NCBI GenBank assembly: GCA_964613185.1 | Contig: CAZTIP010000003.1 | Span: 2,987-66,986, forward strand | Direction: 5' to 3' | Source: Candidatus Woesearchaeota archaeon | GTDB lineage: Archaea; Nanobdellota; Nanobdellia; Pacearchaeales; GW2011-AR1 | DNA: 64,000 nucleotides | Shown here: one piece after another, positions 8,578-18,774 of the stretch | Layout: the number at the start of each line of letters is the position of its first letter | How positions within the stretch are numbered: the first letter of the stretch is position 1 | Notes under the pieces: model-generated | What the model saw: the letters and a program-made list of their open reading frames with translations, nothing else | What the model was told of the DNA's origin: nothing | Database searches by the model: none | Translations under genes and position numbers: made by a program

Positions 8578-10512
8578 ATGAAAAAACCATTAAAATATGT
8601 TGTAAAGAGAAAGGGGCACTTTTGGCCAAGCAATGAAATGAAAAAAATTGCAAATATTTCTGACGAAAAAATTTACAAAAAAGCAGAAAAAAATCCGATA
8701 AAGTTTTGGGGTGATTTAGCAAGGAAAGGTTTAACTTGGGAAAAAGAATGGGATGAAAAAAATACTTATGTAGAAAAACTCCCATATTTTAAATGGTTCA
8801 AGGGAGGAAAATTAAATTTTTCAGTAAATTGCTTAGATCGGCATCTAGATAAGGGCAATCAAACAGCATTAATTTGGGTGCCAGAACCAACAAATGAAAA
8901 GCCAATAAAATTAACTTACGCAGAACTTTACGAAAAAGTAAACCGATTTTCAAATGTTTTAAAAAATTATGGGGTAAAAAAAGGAGACATAGTTTCAATT
9001 TATCTTCCCATGATTCCGGAAGCATTAATCGCAATGTTGGCATGTACACGAATTGGTGCGATTCATTCTGTTGTTTTTAGTGCATTTTCTGCAGAGGCAC
9101 TTAACGCAAGAATAAAAGACGGAAAGTCAAAAATATTAATCACTTCAGATAAATATTATCGAAGGGGAAAACCAGAAAATTTATTGCAAAAAGCAAAAAA
9201 GGCTATTGAAAAAACAACAATAAAAAAAGTAATTATTGTTAATCGTGAAGGGAAAAAGACGAAGGGAAAAAAGTTTTTAGATTTTAAGACCGAACTTAAA
9301 AAAGCAGAAAGTTATTGTAAACCTGAAATTGTAAATTCTGAAGACACAATGTTTTTGTTATATACTTCTGGAACAACAGGGAATCCAAAGGGAATCATGC
9401 ATGATACTGGAGGTTACGCGACTCAAGCTTATTGGACTTCGAAATGGAATTTTAATTTAAACAGGGAAGATATAATGTGGTGTACTGCAGATATAGGGTG
9501 GGTTACTGGACACACCTATGCATTTTACGGTCCATTATTGGTCGGAGCAACAACATTAATTTATGAGGGAAGTCCAGATTATCCAAATCCTGGAAGATGG
9601 TGGAAAATAATTCAAGAGCATAAGGTAAATGTATTTTACACTGCACCAACCGCAATAAAAATGTTTATGAGGTTTGATAAAAAATGGATAAAGAAATACG
9701 ATTTATCTTCTTTGAAAATTCTTGGAAGTGTAGGAGAACCAATTGATAAAGAATCTTGGAAATGGTATTTTGATAAAATTGGAGGAAGGAGATGTCCAAT
9801 TATAGATACTTGGTGGCAAACGGAAACTGGAGGAACATTAATCAATGCACTCCCAGGAATAGGACCTTTTATACCAACAATTTCTGGAAAAAGTTTTCCG
9901 GGAATAAAACATTCGATAGTTAATGAAAAAGGAAAAATTATAAAAAATGAAAAACCAGGTTTTTTGATACAGGAAAGTCCTTTTGCACCCGGGATGCTTC
10001 ACGGAGTTTTCAATAATCATAAAAAATATATAGAAACTTATTGGAAAAAATTTAAGAAAAAATATGATACAAGTGATGGAGCTTATTTGCAAAATAATTT
10101 AATTAGAATAACTGGGAGAACAGATGATGTAATGAAAGTTGCAGGGCACAGACTTTCTACAGCAGAACTTGAAAATGCAATTCATGAAAATTCAAAAGTG
10201 GGCGATTGTGCTGTTGTTCCAATGCCTGATAAAATCAAAGGGCAAGTTCCAATAGCATTTGTAATTTTAAAAAAAGATCAAAGTTCAGAAAATTTAGAAA
10301 AACAATTAAAAAAATATATTGATAAAAAAATTGGACCAACTGCAAGACCACATAAATTTTATTTTATAAAAGATTTACCAAAAACACGTTCAGGAAAAAT
10401 AATGAGAAGAATATTAAGAGCTTTGTTAATTAACGAAGAACCAAAAGGGTTAATGACATTAGTAAATCCATCTTCAGTAAATAAAATAAAGGAAATAATT
10501 AATTCAAAATAA
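8578..10512 (+). CDS. acs: Acetyl-CoA synthetase (AMP-forming)
   Basis: YTSGTTGNPKG, GSVGEPI, DTWWQTETGG, PKTRSGKIMRR. Confidence 0.96.
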   Translation: MKKPLKYVVKRKGHFWPSNEMKKIANISDEKIYKKAEKNPIKFWGDLARKGLTWEKEWDEKNTYVEKLPYFKWFKGGKLNFSVNCLDRHLDKGNQTALIWVPEPTNEKPIKLTYAELYEKVNRFSNVLKNYGVKKGDIVSIYLPMIPEALIAMLACTRIGAIHSVVFSAFSAEALNARIKDGKSKILITSDKYYRRGKPENLLQKAKKAIEKTTIKKVIIVNREGKKTKGKKFLDFKTELKKAESYCKPEIVNSEDTMFLLYTSGTTGNPKGIMHDTGGYATQAYWTSKWNFNLNREDIMWCTADIGWVTGHTYAFYGPLLVGATTLIYEGSPDYPNPGRWWKIIQEHKVNVFYTAPTAIKMFMRFDKKWIKKYDLSSLKILGSVGEPIDKESWKWYFDKIGGRRCPIIDTWWQTETGGTLINALPGIGPFIPTISGKSFPGIKHSIVNEKGKIIKNEKPGFLIQESPFAPGMLHGVFNNHKKYIETYWKKFKKKYDTSDGAYLQNNLIRITGRTDDVMKVAGHRLSTAELENAIHENSKVGDCAVVPMPDKIKGQVPIAFVILKKDQSSENLEKQLKKYIDKKIGPTARPHKFYFIKDLPKTRSGKIMRRILRALLINEEPKGLMTLVNPSSVNKIKEIINSK

Positions 10513-10513
10513 A

Positions 10514-12040
10514 ATGAGGTTAAATATTTTAATAGGGGGAAGAGCAGGACAAGGAATCAACAAAGTTTCAGAAATCGTATCAAATGTTCTAGTAAATCAA
10601 GGATATTTTATTTTCAATTACAGAGATTATCAATCATTAATTAGAGGGGGACATAATTTTAATGTTCTTTCAATATCTGAGAAACAAATAGAAAGTCATG
10701 AAACAAAGATGGATATTTTAGTAGCCTTAGATGAAAGAACAATAAAAATTCATGAAAAATCATTAAAGAGTGGAGGGATAACAATCACTAGAAAGAATTT
10801 TTTAAACGAAGGAAGAAATTTAAATATAGCCTTAGCAGGAACGTTGATAAAAATTTTAGGAATTCCATTAAAAGAATTAAATATTGAGATAAAAAAACAA
10901 TTTAGAAATTCAAAGGAATCTTTAATTTCTGCAAAGAAAGGTTATGATTCTCAAAAAGAAAAATTTTCATTAAAAAAATTAAATAATGAAATTGCAATTC
11001 TTTCAGGAAATCAAGGTGTTGCAAAAGGTGCAATTAATTCAGAATTGGATATTTACATTGCATATCCGATGACCCCTTCAACAAATGCGATGCATGAACT
11101 AGCAAAAAGTCAAATAAAAAATCAACTAATGGTTTTTCAAGCAGAGGGAGAAATTGCGGCAGCAAATATGGCTTTAGGTGCATCATTTGCAGGAGCAAAA
11201 ACTATGGTCGGAACTTCAGGAGGTGGTTTTGATTTAATGGGGGAAGCGATATCACTTCAGGGAACTTCGGAAGTCCCTTTAACAATTTATTTAGCTTCAA
11301 GACCTGGGCCAGGAACTGGAGTCCCAACATACACTGCCCAATCGGATTTAAATATTGCATTAAGAAGTGGGCACGGAGAATTCTCAAGAATAGTTTTAGC
11401 TCCAGGAAATGCAATAGAAACAATAGAAAAAACATCTGAAGCACTATACTTAGCAGAAAAGTTCAAGACACTTTCAATTATTTTATCAGATAAGCATATA
11501 GCGGAATCGGAATTTTCAACAATCAAAAAAACAGAAAAAACAAAGTTAATTAAAATGTCTAGAAAGATTCCAGGAGAAAATATAGTGAGAGTTTCTTCTT
11601 ATGAATCTGATAAATTTGGAAATACCACTGAATCTTACATCTTAACAGAAAAGAATCATAATTCAAGATTAGAAAAATATGAGAGAATAAAAAATTTTAT
11701 AGAAAAGAATATTGAAATGACAAAATTGCACGGGAATCCAAATTCACGAAATTTAATTATAGGGTGGGGTTCTCCTTCGGGTGCAATTAAAGACGCAATT
11801 AAAAATTTAGATTTTAAATTTCTTCAAATAATTTATATGAAACCACTATCTCCGAAGATAAAAATAGAGATAGAAAAAGCAGATAAAATAATTCTTATAG
11901 AAAGTAATTCAACAGGACAATTAGGAAGATTAATTAGAGAAAAAACTGGAATAAAAATTGAAAACAGGATTTTGAAATACAATGGAAGACCATTTCATTC
12001 AGATGAACTAAAAAAATATTTAAAAGAAGTTTTAGAATGA
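10514..12040 (+). CDS. korA: 2-oxoacid:ferredoxin oxidoreductase alpha subunit (gamma-alpha fused)
   Basis: GGRAGQG, IRGGHN, AYPMTPS, TSGGGFDLM, RPGPGTGVPT. Confidence 0.92.
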   Translation: MRLNILIGGRAGQGINKVSEIVSNVLVNQGYFIFNYRDYQSLIRGGHNFNVLSISEKQIESHETKMDILVALDERTIKIHEKSLKSGGITITRKNFLNEGRNLNIALAGTLIKILGIPLKELNIEIKKQFRNSKESLISAKKGYDSQKEKFSLKKLNNEIAILSGNQGVAKGAINSELDIYIAYPMTPSTNAMHELAKSQIKNQLMVFQAEGEIAAANMALGASFAGAKTMVGTSGGGFDLMGEAISLQGTSEVPLTIYLASRPGPGTGVPTYTAQSDLNIALRSGHGEFSRIVLAPGNAIETIEKTSEALYLAEKFKTLSIILSDKHIAESEFSTIKKTEKTKLIKMSRKIPGENIVRVSSYESDKFGNTTESYILTEKNHNSRLEKYERIKNFIEKNIEMTKLHGNPNSRNLIIGWGSPSGAIKDAIKNLDFKFLQIIYMKPLSPKIKIEIEKADKIILIESNSTGQLGRLIREKTGIKIENRILKYNGRPFHSDELKKYLKEVLE

Positions 12041-12891
12041 AGAAAATAAAAACTTATTCAACAAAGGAATTATTAAGGGGAAAATCAGAAAATACTTGGT
12101 GTCCGGGGTGTCCAAATTTTATGATTTTAGATAGTTTTAAACAAACAATTGCAAATTTTATAGATTCTAAAAAATATAAAAAAGAAAATTTTGCAATAAC
12201 AACAGATATTGGATGTCACGGAAAGATTTTCGATTATTTAACGCTTTCTGGATTTTATTCACTTCATGGAAGGGCAATACCAACAGGAATCGGAATGAAA
12301 CTCGGAAATCCAAATTTAAAGGTGATAACTTTTGCAGGAGACGGCGCAGTCTACTCGGAAGGAATAGAACATTTAATTCATGCATTCAAATACAATGCAG
12401 ATACAACTTTAATTCTTCACGACAATCAATCTTTCTCCTTAACAACAGGCCAACCAACACCAACTTCTCAACAAGGATTTATTTCAAAATCAGAACCTTT
12501 AGGAGTTTTCGACAAACCATTAAACCCATTAAAACTTGCTCTCGCATCAAACGCGACATTCATTGCAAGAACAAATGCAAGAGATATGAAACACATGATA
12601 GAAATATTCACCAAAGCAATAAATCACAAAGGATTTTCATTCGTAGAAGTAATTCAGGATTGCATAATTTTTAATTTAGAACAAAATAATAAGGATAAAA
12701 GAATGTATAAAATAAAAGACAATACAAAAAAAACAATAGCAGAAAAATTATCCAATGAATATGATTATAATTCAGGGGATGGGAGAATTCCACTTGGAGT
12801 CATTTATCAATCGCAAGAACTTTCACTTGAAGAAAAATGGCCTCAGTTAAGAAATTTAATCAAGAAAAAAACCTATTGGAAAAATAAATAA
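12037..12891 (+). CDS. korB: 2-oxoacid:ferredoxin oxidoreductase beta subunit (TPP-binding)
   Basis: TWCPGC, IGC, HGRAIP, GDG...N TPP motif, LTTGQ; ATGA overlap with alpha. Confidence 0.92.
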   Translation: MKKIKTYSTKELLRGKSENTWCPGCPNFMILDSFKQTIANFIDSKKYKKENFAITTDIGCHGKIFDYLTLSGFYSLHGRAIPTGIGMKLGNPNLKVITFAGDGAVYSEGIEHLIHAFKYNADTTLILHDNQSFSLTTGQPTPTSQQGFISKSEPLGVFDKPLNPLKLALASNATFIARTNARDMKHMIEIFTKAINHKGFSFVEVIQDCIIFNLEQNNKDKRMYKIKDNTKKTIAEKLSNEYDYNSGDGRIPLGVIYQSQELSLEEKWPQLRNLIKKKTYWKNK

Positions 12892-12894
12892 TTA

Positions 12895-13689
12895 TTAGTC
12901 AAATAATCTCTTCGCATTTTTCAAAATTTCTTTTGCGACAATCTCCACAGAAACATCTTTAATCTTCGCAATCTCAGAAACAGTTCCAACAACATCTGAA
13001 GGTTCACTTCTTTCACCAGCAACTGAAGCTAAATAAGGTGCATCAGTTTCGGTCATCAAATTTTCAAGAGGGACAATTTCTGCCATCATTTTAAAATGTT
13101 CAAGACGAGTAATTACTGCAGGAATACTAAGGTACCATCCATTTTCAACACATCGCCTAATCAATGATTTTTTTCCACTAAAACAATGCATTAAAACTTT
13201 ATTCGCACCTTCTTCTTCCATAATTTCAATAGCCCTCAATTCGGCCTTTCTAGAGTGGATAACAAGAGTTTTGTTTAATTTTTTAGCTAGTTGAATTATT
13301 TTTCTAAAAATCGGTTCTTGCAAATCTTCAGTTCCAGGGATTATTTTAAAATCAAGTCCGACTTCTCCAATCGCAACACATGAATCTTTATTTTTTTCAA
13401 TCCATTTTAATTCTTCATCAACATCAAACCTTTCAACAAATCTCATATAACTTTCATCCCCGACATCTTTTAATTTATTAGAAATTGCATCAACAGGGTA
13501 AATTCCAAAACTGCATTTAACAATTTTATATTTTTTAGAAAGTTCCAAAACTTTTCTATTTGTCGACGGATTTACCCCAGAAGCAACAATAGTTTTAACA
13601 CCCAATTTTTCTGCCGAATTAACAACTTTTAAAATATCATCTTTAAATCTCTCATGATCTAAATGCATATGTGCATCAACAAATTCCAT
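12895..13689 (-). CDS. tatD: TatD family nuclease
   Basis: DAHMH, IGEVGLD, IHSR, HCFSG, ETDAPYL. Confidence 0.93.
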   Translation of the reverse strand: MEFVDAHMHLDHERFKDDILKVVNSAEKLGVKTIVASGVNPSTNRKVLELSKKYKIVKCSFGIYPVDAISNKLKDVGDESYMRFVERFDVDEELKWIEKNKDSCVAIGEVGLDFKIIPGTEDLQEPIFRKIIQLAKKLNKTLVIHSRKAELRAIEIMEEEGANKVLMHCFSGKKSLIRRCVENGWYLSIPAVITRLEHFKMMAEIVPLENLMTETDAPYLASVAGERSEPSDVVGTVSEIAKIKDVSVEIVAKEILKNAKRLFD

Positions 13690-13722
13690 AATATTTAATA
13701 ACCAAATACACTTAAAAATACT

Positions 13723-13941
13723 ATGATAGAATATTTAACATTAATATTAACAATACCTGTAGGATTATTACTGGCAAAAATCACTAAAGATGAAAAAAAA
13801 ATCTATTCACAAAAATTATATTTTCCAACAATTTTGTGGATACTCGCAATAATTGCTTCAATTACTTATTTTTTCGATAAAACTTCATCATTAACCTTAA
13901 CATTCATTTTTCTAACAACATTCATCTGGAACAAAGCATAA
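13723..13941 (+). CDS. Small membrane protein
   Basis: 72 aa, three hydrophobic segments. Confidence 0.6.
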   Translation: MIEYLTLILTIPVGLLLAKITKDEKKIYSQKLYFPTILWILAIIASITYFFDKTSSLTLTFIFLTTFIWNKA

Positions 13942-13971
13942 ACTTAAAACTTCTTTTTTCTCAATAAAAAT

Positions 13972-14694
13972 ATGGCATTTTACTTAATAGGATTAGGACT
14001 CGAAAAAGATTCAATCTCAGTTAATGCTCTAAAAACTTTAGAAACTTGTGATAAAATTTATTTAGAAAATTACACCGTAAATTTCCCCTATTCAAAAGAA
14101 GATTTAGAGAAATCACTAGATAAAAAAATTTTATTGAGCGATAGAAATCAAACGGAAAATGAATCACTCTTAGAGGAATCAAAAAATTCAAACATCGCAC
14201 TTTTGGTTTATGGAGATTCACTTTCAGCAACAACACATTATCATTTAATTTCCGAATGTAAAAAACAAAAAATTCCTTATCAAATTTTTCAAAACGCATC
14301 AATAATTACGGCCATTGCAATTACAGGATTACAACTATACAAATTTGGAAAAACAGCAAGCATGCCGAACTGGAAAGAACACACAAATAAACCAACCTCA
14401 TTCGCAAAATACATTCAAGAAAACGAATCAATTAAATCGCATACCTTAATTTTAACAGACATCGGACTAGAATTAAATTCTGCAATAAACCAATTAAAAG
14501 AATCTTCAGAAAAAGAAAAGGTAAAACTTCCAGAAAAAATAATTGTAATTTCAAATGTAGGAACAATTAATCAAAAAATAATTTACAACACTATTGAAAA
14601 CTTGAAAAAAGAAAAAATAGAAATGCCATTTTGCATTATAATTCCATCAAATTTACATTTTTTAGAAAAAGAATTTTTAGAAAATCTTAATTAA
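13972..14694 (+). CDS. dph5: Diphthine synthase (diphthamide methyltransferase)
   Basis: YLIGLGL, YLENYT, GDSLSATTH, GLQLYKFGKT, HTLILTDI. Confidence 0.92.
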   Translation: MAFYLIGLGLEKDSISVNALKTLETCDKIYLENYTVNFPYSKEDLEKSLDKKILLSDRNQTENESLLEESKNSNIALLVYGDSLSATTHYHLISECKKQKIPYQIFQNASIITAIAITGLQLYKFGKTASMPNWKEHTNKPTSFAKYIQENESIKSHTLILTDIGLELNSAINQLKESSEKEKVKLPEKIIVISNVGTINQKIIYNTIENLKKEKIEMPFCIIIPSNLHFLEKEFLENLN

Positions 14695-14954
14695 TATCCG
14701 CTCTGAATTTTCACATCGCCAGATTTCATTTTACATTGGCAGGCAAGTCTTCTATTTTTATCATCTAAACCAAATGCCTCTTCTTTTTCATTCAAATCAG
14801 ATAAATTTTCCTTTCCATCAACAACATCAATTAAACAAGAACCGCAAACACCATCCTTACAAGAAAATGGAATTCCAAAGGATTCACAAGCTTCAATTAT
14901 TTCACTACCATCCTTAACTTCAACTTTTTTATCTCCCAAAGATATATTTCCCAT
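14691..14954 (-). CDS. [2Fe-2S] ferredoxin
   Basis: CKDGVCGSC ... RLACQ plant-type cysteine pattern. Confidence 0.9.
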   Translation of the reverse strand: MGNISLGDKKVEVKDGSEIIEACESFGIPFSCKDGVCGSCLIDVVDGKENLSDLNEKEEAFGLDDKNRRLACQCKMKSGDVKIQSGY

Positions 14955-15045
14955 GAAAAAATAAAAGAATACACCTTTAAAAGTTTAAGTAAAGCAAATA
15001 AATTTTCAAAGATAAACTTAAATAAGAATTATTACATCATTAACC

Positions 15046-17874
15046 ATGGTAAAGGATTCTTCAATTAACGAAAAAGAAAAAGAAATTTTAAAATTTTGGA
15101 ACATAGATGGAACTTTCAAAAAATCGTTAAAACAAACTGAAAAAGGAAAAGAATTTGTTTTTTTCGACGGACCCCCATTTGCAACAGGATTGCCCCATTA
15201 TGGGCATTTATTAGCCTCTGTGATAAAAGATGCAATTCCAAGGTACAAAACAATGCAAGGATTTCATGTAAATAGGCGATGGGGATGGGATTGTCACGGA
15301 TTGCCGATAGAAAACATTGCTGAAAAAAATTTAAAAATTAATTCAAAAGATGAAATTGAAAAGATGGGAATAGAAAAATTCAATAAGTTTTGCAGAAACA
15401 CAGTATTGACCTATACAGAAGAATGGGGAAAAACTATAAAGAGAATTGCAAGATGGGTAGAATTTGAAAATTCGTATAAAACTATGGATAATTCTTATAT
15501 CGAAAGTGTATGGTGGGCATTTAAACAACTTTACGAAAAAGGGTTTATTTACAAAGGAGAAAAAATTCTGATGTATTGCCCGAGATGTTCAACACCATTA
15601 TCCAAATCCGAAATTACAATGGATAATTCTTACAAAATAACAAAAGACATAACTGCAACTGCAAAATTCAAATTAACAGGAGAAGATGTTTATGCACTTG
15701 CATGGACAACAACCCCATGGACACTACCTTCAAATCTTGCACTAACTGTAAATCCGGAAATAGAATATTCATATGTAAAGGATAAGTCTGATGGAACAAT
15801 ATACCTTTTAGCAAAAGAATTAATTAAAAATTATTTCAAAAACGAGGATGAATACGAAATTAAAAAAACTATTCAGGGAAAGAAATTAGTTGGAAAAACA
15901 TACGAACCTTTATTCCCTTATTTTAAAGACCATAAAAATGCTTTCAAATTTCTTTCAGGAGATTTTGTAACTGCTGAAGAAGGTACGGGAATTGTTCACA
16001 CGGCACCAGCATTTGGAGAAGAAGATTATAACATCTGTAAGGAAAATGAAATTGAAATGGTTCAACCAGTTAACGAAAAAGGAATGTTTACAAAAGAAGT
16101 AAAAGATTTTGAAGGAAAATATATTCACGACACAAATACTGAAATTGTAATTTTTTTAAAGAAAAAAGGAAAAATCGTTTCCTCAAGAAAAATAGATCAT
16201 GAATATCCCTTTTGTTATAGGTGCGAAACTAAACTAATTTATCGAGCATTACCTGCATGGTTTGTAAATATTCAAAAGATAAAACCAAGAATGCTTGAAT
16301 TAAATCAAAAAATAAATTGGCATCCTTCTTTTTTGAGAGACGGAAGATTCAGACACAATATTGAAACTGCTCCAGATTGGAATATTTCTAGAAACAGATA
16401 TTGGGCAGCTGCAATACCTATTTGGGAATCAGAAGATGGAGAAAGAATTGTTTTAGGAAGCATTGAAGAATTAAATAAATATTCAAAGAAATCTCCAAAG
16501 GAAGTAGATTTGCATAAAGATTTTTTAGATAAAGTGGTCCTGGAAAAAAATGGAAAAAAATATAAAAGAATTCCGGAAGTTTTTGATTGTTGGTTTGAAT
16601 CAGGTTCAATGCCCTTTGCACAATTACATTACCCTTTTGAAAACAAAGATTACTTCAAAAAACATTTTCCTTCACAATACGTAGCAGAATATATCGGGCA
16701 AACGAGAGCATGGTTCTATTACATGTTAGCAATTTCTGCAATTCTATTCGACAAAATACCTTTTGAAAATGTCCAAACTACAGGAATAGTTTTGGCAGAA
16801 GATGGAGAAAAAATGTCCAAATCAAAAGGAAATTTTACCGATCCAAATTTAGTTATAGAAAAATATGGGGCAGACACGGTGAGATTTTATCTTTTAGGTT
16901 CTCAAATCATGGATGCAGATAATTTAAAATTTTCGGATAGACAAGTAGATGAAATTTACAAAAAAGTGACTGTTTTACTTTACAACATAAATAATTTTTA
17001 TGAATTATACACTGAAGTTCCAGAGTCTAAAAAACAATCTGAAAAAATAATAGATAAATGGATTATTTCAAAAATAAATAATTTGATAAATAATGTCACA
17101 ACAAATTTAGAGAATTATAAAACTATCAAAGTTTGTTCGGAGATTAGAAATTTTATCGACGATTTATCTACCTGGTATGTTAGGACATCTAGAGATAGAT
17201 TTAATCAAAATGATGTAGATGCAAAAACTACATTAAAATATGTTTTAGAAAGATTAAGTAAAATTATAGCTCCTTTAATGCCTTTTATTGCTGAAAGAAT
17301 TCACCAAACATTAGGTATAGAAGAAAATTCAGTTCATTTATCTAAATGGCCAAAATCAGAAAATAAAAAAATTAACAATTCCCTAGAAGAAGAAATGATA
17401 TTCGCAAGGACCATCGTTTCAACAGCCCTAAGAGAAAGAGATCGGAATCAAGTAAGTTTAAAGTGGCCCCTTTCAAAAGCAATAATCAAATCAGAGAATA
17501 AATTAAATAAAGAACTTGAAGAGATTGTAAAATCACAATTAAACATCAAAAAACTGACTTACAAGAGGGTTAAAGAACTCTCTGTAGAATTGGATACTAA
17601 TTTAACTCCTGAGTTGGAGGCAGAAGGTTTTGCAAGAGAAATGACAAGAAAAATTCAAGCAATGAGAAAAAGTGCAGGATTGATAAAATCAGAAAAAATA
17701 GAACTTGAAATTTCATCAGAGTTTAACAAAAAAATAATTTCAAAAAAAGATTTTATTCAGAAGAAGGTCGGGGCAAAATCTTTATCTTTTGAAAAATCTT
17801 CAAAAAAATTTGAGTACTCAGAAGAAGGAAAAATTAAAAAAAATTCTTTCTTAATAAAATTCAATAAATTATAA
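15046..17874 (+). CDS. ileS: Isoleucine--tRNA ligase (type 2-like)
   Basis: DGPPFATGLPHYGH, GWDCHGLP, WTTTPWTLP, KMSKS. Confidence 0.96.
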   Translation: MVKDSSINEKEKEILKFWNIDGTFKKSLKQTEKGKEFVFFDGPPFATGLPHYGHLLASVIKDAIPRYKTMQGFHVNRRWGWDCHGLPIENIAEKNLKINSKDEIEKMGIEKFNKFCRNTVLTYTEEWGKTIKRIARWVEFENSYKTMDNSYIESVWWAFKQLYEKGFIYKGEKILMYCPRCSTPLSKSEITMDNSYKITKDITATAKFKLTGEDVYALAWTTTPWTLPSNLALTVNPEIEYSYVKDKSDGTIYLLAKELIKNYFKNEDEYEIKKTIQGKKLVGKTYEPLFPYFKDHKNAFKFLSGDFVTAEEGTGIVHTAPAFGEEDYNICKENEIEMVQPVNEKGMFTKEVKDFEGKYIHDTNTEIVIFLKKKGKIVSSRKIDHEYPFCYRCETKLIYRALPAWFVNIQKIKPRMLELNQKINWHPSFLRDGRFRHNIETAPDWNISRNRYWAAAIPIWESEDGERIVLGSIEELNKYSKKSPKEVDLHKDFLDKVVLEKNGKKYKRIPEVFDCWFESGSMPFAQLHYPFENKDYFKKHFPSQYVAEYIGQTRAWFYYMLAISAILFDKIPFENVQTTGIVLAEDGEKMSKSKGNFTDPNLVIEKYGADTVRFYLLGSQIMDADNLKFSDRQVDEIYKKVTVLLYNINNFYELYTEVPESKKQSEKIIDKWIISKINNLINNVTTNLENYKTIKVCSEIRNFIDDLSTWYVRTSRDRFNQNDVDAKTTLKYVLERLSKIIAPLMPFIAERIHQTLGIEENSVHLSKWPKSENKKINNSLEEEMIFARTIVSTALRERDRNQVSLKWPLSKAIIKSENKLNKELEEIVKSQLNIKKLTYKRVKELSVELDTNLTPELEAEGFAREMTRKIQAMRKSAGLIKSEKIELEISSEFNKKIISKKDFIQKKVGAKSLSFEKSSKKFEYSEEGKIKKNSFLIKFNKL

Positions 17875-17959
17875 TTCTCCTCGATAAAATTCATTTTTAC
17901 CCCTCTATGAAGAAACAATTTAAAGAAACATTTAAATACTATTTCCAACTAAAAATAAT

Positions 17960-18763
17960 ATGATTGTCAAAGAGGAATTTTTAAGTAGGTTGAGAAAAAT
18001 ATTTGACCTAAATTTATATGAGGTGAAGGTTTGGACAGCATTACTTTCTCGAGGAACTTCAACAGCCGGAGAACTTTCTTCAATTTCAGATGTTCCACGT
18101 TCAAGGACTTACGATATTTTGGAATCTTTAGAAAAAAAAGGGTTTATAATAATGAAGCTTGGAAAACCAATAAAATTTGTTGCATTAAAACCGGGAGAAG
18201 TTATAGAGAGAGTAAAACGAAATTTAGTGACTTCTGCAAAGGAGAAATCAAATAGATTAGAAAAATTAAAGGGTGACGAAGTTCTTGAAGAATTAACTTC
18301 CTTATTTTCAGATGGAATAAAATATGTTGAACCAACAGATCTTTCAGGAGCATTAAAAGGAAGACAAAATATTTACAATCATTTAGATATGTTAATCAGA
18401 GAAGCTCAAACAAAAATAACTCTCGTAACTACCGAAGATGGATTAAATAGAAAAATGGAGGTTCTCCTTCCAAGTTTAGAAAAGGCAAAAAAAAGAGGAG
18501 TACAAATAAGAATTGCAGCACCAATAACAGAGAAGAATAAAGAAATTGTAAATGAATTTTCAAAAGTGGCAGAAATTAAAAATTCTGAAAATTTAAATGC
18601 AAGATTTATGTTAATTGATGGAGAACAATTAATGTTTATGCTTCTTAACGATCAAGAAGTTCATCCAACTTATGATGTAGGAGTTTGGCTTAATACTGAA
18701 TTTTTCGCACAAGCACTTGAACAATTATTCGAAATAGCTTGGAAGAATTTCAAAAAAGATTAA
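17960..18763 (+). CDS. TrmB family transcriptional regulator/chromatin protein (TrmBL-like)
   Basis: LNLYEVKVWTALL..SDVPRSRTYDILESLEKKGF HTH plus PLD-like C-terminal domain. Confidence 0.88.
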   Translation: MIVKEEFLSRLRKIFDLNLYEVKVWTALLSRGTSTAGELSSISDVPRSRTYDILESLEKKGFIIMKLGKPIKFVALKPGEVIERVKRNLVTSAKEKSNRLEKLKGDEVLEELTSLFSDGIKYVEPTDLSGALKGRQNIYNHLDMLIREAQTKITLVTTEDGLNRKMEVLLPSLEKAKKRGVQIRIAAPITEKNKEIVNEFSKVAEIKNSENLNARFMLIDGEQLMFMLLNDQEVHPTYDVGVWLNTEFFAQALEQLFEIAWKNFKKD

Positions 18764-18774
18764 TAATTTTAAAA

